Shown here in pieces: positions 29,701-36,902 of a stretch of 64,000 nucleotides of DNA. Within the stretch, counting starts at the first letter, position 1. The number at the start of each line of letters is the position of its first letter. Both the position numbers and the translations under genes were made by a program. The notes beneath the pieces are model-generated. The model did not search any database. It was not told the DNA's origin and saw only the letters and a program-made list of their open reading frames with translations. The stretch lies in the NCBI GenBank assembly GCA_003252295.1, contig QKEV01000003.1, forward strand, positions 64,701-128,700, given 5' to 3'. Source of the stretch: a bacterium (GTDB lineage: Bacteria; Patescibacteriota; Minisyncoccia; Phycocordibacterales; UBA12088).

Positions 29701-30261
29701 ATGTATCTTTCACATAAAACAATTGAAGAATTAGTTGATAAAGGTGATTTAATCATCAAACCAGATTTTAATAAGAAAAATATTAGACCAGTTGGTATAC
29801 GTATTCATCTAGGAAAAGAACTTTTAGTACCTGAAGAGGGGCAGGTTGTCAGCTTAACTGAAGGAAAAGACCTTAAATATAAAAAAATTGATTTAAGTAA
29901 AGAGGATTTCTACCTTGAACCAAATCAATTTATTTTAGGTGCTACTTATGAAGCAATACAAACACCAAAAAATATTTTATCGATACTGGATGGTAGAAGT
30001 ACTGTAGCGAGACTAGGGTTAACGACACACGTTACAGCATCGATTGCAGATGGCACTTTTGAACAGCCACATGTTGTAGTTCTTGAGATTAAGAATGTTG
30101 GTAACTTTAGAGTCAAATTGTCTTATAAAGACCCAATTGCTATGATGGTATTTTCAACACTAACCACTCCAGTAGAGCAGGAGCTACAAAGCCAGTATGC
30201 CGGTGGTCAAGATGGTGTGACACCACCAAATCTCCATTTTAAAACAGGTAAAGACAAATAA
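29701..30261 (+). CDS. dcd: dCTP deaminase (cargo of the tRNA-Gln module)
   Basis: LSHKTI, LEPNQFILGATYE, LDGRSTVARLGL, VLEIKNVG, QYAGGQ. Confidence 0.88.
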   Translation: MYLSHKTIEELVDKGDLIIKPDFNKKNIRPVGIRIHLGKELLVPEEGQVVSLTEGKDLKYKKIDLSKEDFYLEPNQFILGATYEAIQTPKNILSILDGRSTVARLGLTTHVTASIADGTFEQPHVVVLEIKNVGNFRVKLSYKDPIAMMVFSTLTTPVEQELQSQYAGGQDGVTPPNLHFKTGKDK

Positions 30262-30287
30262 TTTACTTTTTTAAAGTTCTAACATCG

Positions 30288-30596
30288 TCCCAGACAGCCA
30301 GCAATCGGCACACCACAAACAAGTACTTGTTTGTGGTGTTTGCCGTTGCTAGCCCGACAGGGATTTGAACACGTAGGGGGCGTAGAGTTTTGTTATGAAG
30401 TATGAATTACAAAACCAAGTGCAGAGCTCGGGGAAACGATAGTTTCCCCGTGGAGGGATACCATAAGACCGAGTGGTCTTATGAGCGCAGTGAGTGTAAC
30501 GAACGAGCAGTGAGATTCCCTGTTGTATTCTTCGTAGCTTTATGCGAAGAAGGGGCGGGCAGCAAACGTAAAAAAACACCCCGTGGTGTTTTTTGT
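30288..30596. repeat. tRNA-Gln-linked module: degenerate direct 3'-end copy, hairpin, inverted 3'-end copy, structured spacer, interrupted direct copy, terminator
   Basis: 30352-30370 is the reverse complement of tRNA 29603-29621 (18/19); gattccctgt 30514-30523 plus cgggcagca 30556-30564; hairpins at 30306-30345 and about 30570-30596. Confidence 0.85.
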
Positions 30597-30611
30597 GTAT
30601 ACTTGCTAGAT

Positions 30612-31010
30612 ATGGATTACCAAGAACAAAAACCAAAATTTAGAAGAGCAATTGCATTTGATTTTTTAGGTGTAGTTGCAAAACATGACGGGTTACCATT
30701 TTCAAGTGAGGAGAAGTATATTGAGCACGACCCTAATTTCGAGGTGGTAGAAGCAATGAGGCAACTGCGAGAGAAGGGGTACAAGATACTTCTTCATTCA
30801 ACACTCGCTCATGAATTACTGGAAGGGTATGTACAGAAACATAACCTTCCTGTTGATGAGATAAATAAGAACAGTGACGTTGAAAGTGGAAATAGCGGCA
30901 AGCCAGTTGCTCATTTATATGTTGATGACCGAGCATTTCAGTATCGAGGGCAAACTGCCGATGAGTTGGTAGAGCAGATAGATACTTTCAAACCATACTG
31001 GAAGCAATAG
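30612..31010 (+). CDS. Small HAD-superfamily-like protein
   Basis: IAFDFLGVVA (second Asp of DxD missing), LLHST, GKPVAHLYVDDRA; start at 30612 after TATACT. Confidence 0.8.
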   Translation: MDYQEQKPKFRRAIAFDFLGVVAKHDGLPFSSEEKYIEHDPNFEVVEAMRQLREKGYKILLHSTLAHELLEGYVQKHNLPVDEINKNSDVESGNSGKPVAHLYVDDRAFQYRGQTADELVEQIDTFKPYWKQ

Positions 31011-31040
31011 GTAACTACTTTCTCAATGAACTGGCAAAAT

Positions 31041-31068
31041 TTGACAAAAACTATAAATAGTGCATAAT
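31041..31068 (+). promoter_or_regulatory. Sigma70-type promoter
   Basis: TTGACA-N16-CATAAT. Confidence 0.65.
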
Positions 31069-31074
31069 ATAAAG

Positions 31075-31262
31075 AGAGCAAGCGCACGCTTGCAATAACA
31101 CATACTTTCGTTGAGCGTGCTGTCTATGAAAGGACTATTGAACCGCAAGGTTATGGTCCTGAGACAAACACACAGAGGTGTGTCATAGCACAGGAGCTAC
31201 AGGCTCTTGCGACTCAACCCACTAACTAAACCCCAGGGAGATACCCGGGGTTTTTATTTTTT
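31075..31262 (+). ncRNA. Unidentified structured ncRNA candidate
   Basis: Bounded by promoter and terminator, no ORF; nested helices gttgag/ctcaac, ctatga/tcatag, aggac/gtcct with GCAA tetraloop, cacac/gtgtg, gagc/gctc. Confidence 0.6.
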
Positions 31263-31322
31263 AATTACCAATATTTCTCGTAACACAACACGTTTGTTCT
31301 GACCGAAATGTTTGAACAGGTA
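31261..31322 (+). repeat. 62-bp direct repeat, copy 1
   Basis: 55/62 identical, ungapped, to 33081-33142. Confidence 0.9.
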
Positions 31323-31396
31323 CATATATTTTTTTAGTTATTTTTTTGATTTCTTGCTGTATGATGATAAGTAAATTACAAGATAATGTTTGTGAT

Positions 31397-33022
31397 ATGT
31401 TTCTTACAAAACGACTTTTAACAGTAACTTGTCTCACCTTGGGTATACTTGTGTACTTCATGAGTTATGTCTTTCTTGCTCATGCATCAGTACAAAGTGA
31501 CACACAAGAGCAAGTGCGTGTCTTTGTACACTTTGACAGTGTTCCAGGGAAAACTGAGCAAGGACTTGTACGTGCATTTGGAGGCAAGGTGACCCATAGT
31601 TACTCTATTATTCCTGCACTTGCAGTTACGATACCTCAACAAGCAATAGAGGGTCTTTCAAAAAACCCTCATGTTACAAGTATTGAACTAGATCATGAAG
31701 TAAAAGCGACAGAGATCTATGACGAAGAGTACTATCGAGGATGGGGAATTGACCACGTACACAGTGGGGTTGCACATGAGCAGAGTATCCTTGGCCAAGG
31801 TGTGAAGGTTGGTGTCATAGATTCTGGTGTTGATAGTGGACATCAAGATCTCGATGTTGTTGGTGGGTATAATTTTTGGAACTACAATGAAAATTATGAA
31901 GATGTGTATGGACACGGTACACATGTAGCAGGGACTATTTGTGCGCTCGATAATGGTTTGGGTGTTGTTGGTGTTTCTCCATTATGTAACCTGTACTCAC
32001 TACGTGTACTCAGTGATGAGGGAAGTGGGTATGAGAGTGACATTATCTATGCGATAGAGTGGGCGTTGGGTGATACCGTTGAGCTTTGGTATGATGGTGA
32101 ATTTTACGGTACGGTAACTGGCGAAAAGCTTGATGTGGTAAATATGAGTATAGGATCACAGTCTGCAAGTAGTGCCTATGAAGAGGCATGTAATGCTGCA
32201 TATGCAAAAGGTTTAGTGCTTGTAGCTGCTGCGGGGAATGATGGTCGTTTCAACGGAAGAGGTGACACAGTAGACTATCCGGCACGGTACAGTTCTGTAA
32301 TAGCGGTAGCTGCTGTTGATCAAAATAATGTACGAGCTACTTGGTCTAGTACTGGTCCGGATGTTGAGATCTCTGCTCCTGGAGTATCAGTAATATCTGC
32401 TTGGAATGATGATTCAAGTCATTATGATCCACAACCTACACTTATTGATGGTGATTACTACAAACCTGGCTCTGGTACATCAATGGCAACACCACATGTA
32501 ACAGGTGCAGTTGCCTTATTGCTTTCAGCGGGTGTGGAAGATATGAACGGAGTAAATGGTGTTGCAGATGAAGTAAGGAGTATTCTTGGTGACAGTGCTA
32601 CTCCACTTGGAAAGGTAGAGGAGTATGGTGCAGGTCTTGTAAATATTCAAGAAGCGCTTCAAATACTTGTGGTTCCCACTGGAAACACTTCTCCGGTAGC
32701 GGATGCTGGAGCAGATCAGGTGCTTGTCGACAGTAACAGTGATGGTACAGAAACATTTACTCTTGATGGTACCGCTTCAACCGATAAAGAGAACAATATC
32801 ATCTCGTATTTGTGGAATGATGAGAATGATGTCGTGGTAGGTACTGCAAGTACTGTCGAGGTAACTAAACCTATTGGTGAGTATTTGTTTACACTTACTG
32901 TTACCGATAGTGAAGGATTATACAGTACTGACACGGTACTCATTGATGTACGTACACTTGAAGAAAAATGCACCCCAGCTTTAGCGCGGAAAGGTTTATG
33001 TGTGTATACAAAGGGAAGATAG
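31397..33022 (+). CDS. Secreted subtilisin-like S8 protease with I9 propeptide and C-terminal PKD-like domain
   Basis: VGVIDSG, HGTHVAG, AAAGND, SGTSMATPHV; PVADAGADQ..TLDGTAS..FTLTVTD. Confidence 0.95.
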   Translation: MFLTKRLLTVTCLTLGILVYFMSYVFLAHASVQSDTQEQVRVFVHFDSVPGKTEQGLVRAFGGKVTHSYSIIPALAVTIPQQAIEGLSKNPHVTSIELDHEVKATEIYDEEYYRGWGIDHVHSGVAHEQSILGQGVKVGVIDSGVDSGHQDLDVVGGYNFWNYNENYEDVYGHGTHVAGTICALDNGLGVVGVSPLCNLYSLRVLSDEGSGYESDIIYAIEWALGDTVELWYDGEFYGTVTGEKLDVVNMSIGSQSASSAYEEACNAAYAKGLVLVAAAGNDGRFNGRGDTVDYPARYSSVIAVAAVDQNNVRATWSSTGPDVEISAPGVSVISAWNDDSSHYDPQPTLIDGDYYKPGSGTSMATPHVTGAVALLLSAGVEDMNGVNGVADEVRSILGDSATPLGKVEEYGAGLVNIQEALQILVVPTGNTSPVADAGADQVLVDSNSDGTETFTLDGTASTDKENNIISYLWNDENDVVVGTASTVEVTKPIGEYLFTLTVTDSEGLYSTDTVLIDVRTLEEKCTPALARKGLCVYTKGR

Positions 33023-33080
33023 GATATTAAGTATATGGGATTCTTACAACCCACTCATCGAGTGGGTTGTTCGTTCTCTT

Positions 33081-33142
33081 TTAATTACCATTATTTCTTG
33101 CAATACAACATGTTTGGTTTGACCGAAATGTTTGAACAGGTA
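33081..33142 (+). repeat. 62-bp direct repeat, copy 2 (promoter-like TTGACC-N16-TATCAT)
   Basis: 55/62 identical to 31261-31322. Confidence 0.9.
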
Positions 33143-33178
33143 TCATTACTAGTACTCTGCTTCAAAGGAAGCACTACT

Positions 33179-33595
33179 ATGTTTAAGTTTCCGTTACAAA
33201 AGAAAAGAACAAGGTGGTTTTTTGGCCTCATAGTACTTTTTTTCTTCATGGTAACTGGTGTCTCTAGTCTGTTTGAAATGAACTTGGGAAATGCTGCTTC
33301 AAGTCAGATGGTGGGCTGCCTCTTTATGCCACATGATGGCAGTGTCCATGTTATGAGTATGGTTGATCATATTGAGATTTGGAAATTTACCTTCCTTGCA
33401 CTCACTCCTGTTTTGCTATTTGTTACCCTGGTTCTATTTTTGATAAAAAGAAGCAGAACATGCTGTACTGCTGATAGAACTATATGCGTGCATGTACCAT
33501 ACAAAGTTTCTGAACATACAGATGATGTATTGTATAGACCACTGCAATACTTATTTTCTAACGGGATACTGCATCCAAAGTTATCCTACGCATAG
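33179..33595 (+). CDS. Hypothetical membrane protein with Cys/His/Met motifs
   Basis: Two TM segments; GCLFMPH, MSMVDHI, FSNGILHPK C-terminus; start reassigned to 33179. Confidence 0.7.
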   Translation: MFKFPLQKKRTRWFFGLIVLFFFMVTGVSSLFEMNLGNAASSQMVGCLFMPHDGSVHVMSMVDHIEIWKFTFLALTPVLLFVTLVLFLIKRSRTCCTADRTICVHVPYKVSEHTDDVLYRPLQYLFSNGILHPKLSYA

Positions 33596-33716
33596 TTGTG
33601 AGGAGTCATGTAAACAGATGAGAGGGAAATATGTAAGTTTATTTCCTGCTATATCTGCCCCTCAAATATCGCTTTATAGAAAAAGGCACATGCAGTGTCT
33701 GTAACAAAAAACTACT

Positions 33717-34085
33717 ATGAAAATTGAAGAACTACTGCGTACGTATAGACCACTCGTCTCTACAGACAGGACACATCATGACTTTGGGTACGTGCATGAA
33801 CTAGATGACATCATCCAAACGTATTTCACGATTACAAACATTGGGAAAGAGGTGTTGAACCTAGGTACGGTGAGTATGAGTTGCGGTTGCACTACGGCTG
33901 AGCTAGAAGATCATGCACTTGAACCAGGTGATAGTACGAGACTGTGGGTGTACTTTAACCCTAAGGTCCATGCAGATACCATGGGTGGCCCGATCAGGAG
34001 TACTGTATACATTTCATCAAATGATCTCCTGTGTCCAGAAATTGAACTGACGCTCTCCATGGATGTAGAAGGAAGTGAAGAGTAA
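33717..34085 (+). CDS. DUF1573-like Ig-fold protein
   Basis: HDFG..FTITNIG..L...SMSCGCTTA...LEPG, ISSND. Confidence 0.85.
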   Translation: MKIEELLRTYRPLVSTDRTHHDFGYVHELDDIIQTYFTITNIGKEVLNLGTVSMSCGCTTAELEDHALEPGDSTRLWVYFNPKVHADTMGGPIRSTVYISSNDLLCPEIELTLSMDVEGSEE

Positions 34086-34109
34086 CACTAACCCGCTCGA
34101 AAGAGCGGG

Positions 34110-34628
34110 TTATTTTGCAAAAGTTGAGACAAAGGTTATCTTGGTTTTTCTCGTCTTTTCTTTTTGAAAAGGGCTGAGGTAGGCGTGAGCAATAAGTTTC
34201 TTACCTTGTAGAGCTAGTGGCAACCATTCTCTATCACTTGGCATCATGTCATTTACAGGCAAGTCAGAAATGCTGTACCAAGCTGGTTCTTTCATTTCAC
34301 TTGTTTCCTGTGGTTCACCATACCATGAACATGTTATGTAAAAGTGAACAGTAAGAACGAAAATACTTCCATCACTCTTTGTATTGTGAAAGTGTACAAT
34401 CGCTATTTTCTCAAGATCCTCACTTGTGGTTAGTACACCACCACTTTCTTCTTTGAGTTCTCGTGTGGCGCATGCAGTTATGCTTTCATTTTGTTCTGTA
34501 CCACCTCCATAACCATTGAGTTTTCCTTTACCAATCTTATCTACCTTGCGTGCTAAAAGTATCTTGTTGTTTTTCTTCAAGAACACCACTGTTGCCAGAT
34601 TGAGTACTTTTTCTTCCTGTTGTTCCAT
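34110..34628 (-). CDS. NUDIX hydrolase (8-oxo-dGTPase/MTH1-like)
   Basis: LNGYGGGTEQNESITACATRELKEESG; ETSEMKEPAWY; MMPSDREWLP. Confidence 0.9.
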   Translation of the reverse strand: MEQQEEKVLNLATVVFLKKNNKILLARKVDKIGKGKLNGYGGGTEQNESITACATRELKEESGGVLTTSEDLEKIAIVHFHNTKSDGSIFVLTVHFYITCSWYGEPQETSEMKEPAWYSISDLPVNDMMPSDREWLPLALQGKKLIAHAYLSPFQKEKTRKTKITFVSTFAK

Positions 34629-34721
34629 ACTGTCACCTACTAGTTATTTTTTAAACATCTCCTCAATACATAGTACACAGCACATACTTTTGAGCAATAG
34701 AGTTGTGGTACGATTGTATAC

Positions 34722-35141
34722 ATGAAGATACGCTTTGTGGAAATATTTATTGTTTTTCTTGTCATACTCGGTGTTACTTTTGAACGACTCACACTTCCTG
34801 AAACAACTGATACTATGCATACTCAAGCCCTTGAGTATGGTGAGAAACATGGGAAGGTAGTACCACCACAACCCTTTGTCTATGATGGTTGCACGTTTTT
34901 CTTTGATACGCTCATGGGGAGTGATTTTAATGAAGCATGTTTCAAACATGATATAGCGTACTGGTATGGTGGCAGTAAGGAAGAACGGGTTCGTGTAGAT
35001 AAGGAGTTCAGAGATGCTGTGCATGAAGGGGGAATGATGGGGGTTGCACTACAGCATCCCGTGTACGCTACGGTACGTATTTTTGGTGATAGTATTCTTA
35101 CTAAGACCGTAAATGCAAACTGGGGTTTCGGTTGGAATTAG
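34722..35141 (+). CDS. Exported protein with prokaryotic phospholipase A2-like motifs
   Basis: DGCT..FD, ACFKHDIAYWYGG..ER..VD; N-terminal TM. Confidence 0.7.
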   Translation: MKIRFVEIFIVFLVILGVTFERLTLPETTDTMHTQALEYGEKHGKVVPPQPFVYDGCTFFFDTLMGSDFNEACFKHDIAYWYGGSKEERVRVDKEFRDAVHEGGMMGVALQHPVYATVRIFGDSILTKTVNANWGFGWN

Positions 35142-35216
35142 TATTTTCCATAAGGTTAGTTGTTACACCTTCACACCTTTTTGCCATACAGGTAAGCGCA
35201 GTAGTATAGTGTAGGT

Positions 35217-35441
35217 ATGAATGAAATAGCAAAAGAGTATGGTGACAGGGTGCGGAGTGATGTGTGTCACAAGTGCGGTGGACCTGCACCTCACTGGAAG
35301 TGTCCAAAATGTAGCGAAGAGAGTGAATTCTTTGATCCAAACCATTGGCGTATGTGTCGCCATGGCACAAAGATGCAGGCAAAGTGTGAAGCGTGCGGAC
35401 AAGCAGAAGATAACTGCACTTGTGAAAGTGTTACGGCGTAA
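35217..35441 (+). CDS. Small Cys-rich zinc-binding protein
   Basis: CHKC, CPKC, CRH, CEAC, CTC in 74 aa; TATAGT 6 nt upstream; terminator downstream. Confidence 0.75.
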   Translation: MNEIAKEYGDRVRSDVCHKCGGPAPHWKCPKCSEESEFFDPNHWRMCRHGTKMQAKCEACGQAEDNCTCESVTA

Positions 35442-35496
35442 TTATACGAGAGACACCCGCCGAAGAGGCGGGTGTTTTTTTTGGTCCAGGTGTGTG

Positions 35497-35751
35497 CTAG
35501 GCGCATTTACTGGAAAGTTCTGTTACATCATTTCCTTCCAAATCAATTTCTTTCCATCCTTGTTTTGTGGTTCCACGACCGCGGAAATACCTAATCTTTG
35601 TTCAAAACTTTCCACGTACTACGAACAAATTAGACCCTTCTTCCAAATAACCTAGTGTTAATCGGTTTTGTCTTAAAAAGCGAATTTCTTTTGTAGTTAT
35701 TCCAGGGAGATTTGCTATAGGCTTGAGTTTGTTAGTAATTATCGATGGCAT
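35497..35751 (-). pseudogene. SD-led small ORF with internal in-frame TGA (35602-35604); not in ORF track
   Basis: AGGAGG-N6-ATG; 49 codons, TGA, 34 more sense codons, then TAG just before a bidirectional hairpin. Confidence 0.5.
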
Positions 35752-35929
35752 TGTATTCCTCCTGTGTTCATAGTTTACAGTGACTCTATTGATTCTTCTG
35801 TCATACTATCGTATTTCATCAGTAACACAAGAATGGGTGAAAGAAATTTTAACCAGCTTGCGTAGCAATAGGTAAGCGCAGTGCGTTCGTCGTTTTGTGC
35901 AGCTTAGCAGGTTTAATTAATAAATTTGT

Positions 35930-36154
35930 ATGAATAAATGGATCACGGGAATTATTGTGATCGTGGTAGTTTTTGGAGCGTTGTACTTCATGATGCGAAC
36001 ATCAAGTACTACAACTTCTCAAGACGCAAGAACTGGTAGTTCTGCAGCTTTAGAAGAGGGAAGTAGTGATGTATCTACTGAGATACAAAATATAGAGGCT
36101 GATGAAATGGAAGCTGAAACAGCTCTCGATGAAATGGAGGCAAAGACCTTTTAA
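35930..36154 (+). CDS. Small membrane-anchored acidic protein
   Basis: N-terminal TM, Ser/Thr linker, acidic helix. Confidence 0.75.
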   Translation: MNKWITGIIVIVVVFGALYFMMRTSSTTTSQDARTGSSAALEEGSSDVSTEIQNIEADEMEAETALDEMEAKTF

Positions 36155-36180
36155 TTATTAATTCTAGTTTAGAAAAACGT

Positions 36181-36804
36181 ATGAAAAATATACTAGGAGG
36201 TGTGGCTGCAGTCATGATACTTTTTGCTGCTGTACCGGTGTTTGCACAGACAGATACATTTGATGTGCACGCTTTGGTTCAAGAACTGCAGGTGCAGTAT
36301 GATGCCTTGAAAGAACAGGTGGATGCAGGAGATATGACAGCAGAAGAAGCGCTTGCACAGTGGCAGGTAATAATGGACGATGCTTGGGCGCAGAAAGAAG
36401 CATTTTTTGATGCACGTTTGGAACGTGTGCAGTCACGTATAGAGGCAGTTGCGGGTGATGATGAAGAACGTGCAGCACTCCTTGAAGACCAATTAACGAC
36501 ACTTAAAGAACGAAGACAGGAACGTGCTGAAATACACACCAAGCTTCGAAATGGGGAAATAACTCTTGAGGAGGCGCAGCAACTTCGTACTGAGTTGCGT
36601 ACCCAGATCCGTGCTGGTGAGGGAATGATGCGAAGTAGTGATGGAACAGGACAAGGTGCTGGTCCAGGAACAGGAATGGGAACGCCACCTGAGGGTGCTG
36701 GAATGGGAACACCACCAGAAGGAGTGCCGGGTGACGGCACTGGTACACCACCGGAAGATGCAGGAGGTCCTATGGGAGGAGGTGCTCGACGAGGAGGTAA
36801 CTAA
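36181..36804 (+). CDS. Secreted coiled-coil protein with Gly/Pro-rich repeat tail
   Basis: Signal peptide (VFA-Q); GMGTPPEG twice plus GTGTPPED. Confidence 0.85.
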   Translation: MKNILGGVAAVMILFAAVPVFAQTDTFDVHALVQELQVQYDALKEQVDAGDMTAEEALAQWQVIMDDAWAQKEAFFDARLERVQSRIEAVAGDDEERAALLEDQLTTLKERRQERAEIHTKLRNGEITLEEAQQLRTELRTQIRAGEGMMRSSDGTGQGAGPGTGMGTPPEGAGMGTPPEGVPGDGTGTPPEDAGGPMGGGARRGGN

Positions 36805-36813
36805 GGGTAAGAA

Positions 36814-36868
36814 AAAAGAGCCGGCAGTACCAGTCTATAGTAGCTAGACTGGTACTGCCGGCTCTTTT
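36814..36868 (+). terminator. Long perfect hairpin terminator
   Basis: 24-bp perfect stem aaaagagccggcagtaccagtcta with 7-nt loop. Confidence 0.8.
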
Positions 36869-36902
36869 GTTTTGTATTTTTGCAAAATGGTATACTTGCA
36901 GG

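Noticed and set aside
30349-30636. ORF 30349-30636 and the N-terminal extension of 30402-31010
   Set aside because: They cover the tRNA-Gln module; the HAD-like domain begins at 30612.
31120-31195. Hammerhead ribozyme or TPP riboswitch
   Set aside because: The three-way junction lacks the CUGANGA/GAAA core; CTGAGA is present but the remaining TPP consensus is not.
35480-35930. Replication origin in the long apparent intergenic gap
   Set aside because: No TTATCCACA boxes; the TTCCA recurrences are explained by a minus-strand reading frame.
36673-36760. Short tandem DNA repeats as a non-coding array
   Set aside because: They encode the in-frame GMGTPPEG peptide repeats of CDS 36181-36804.
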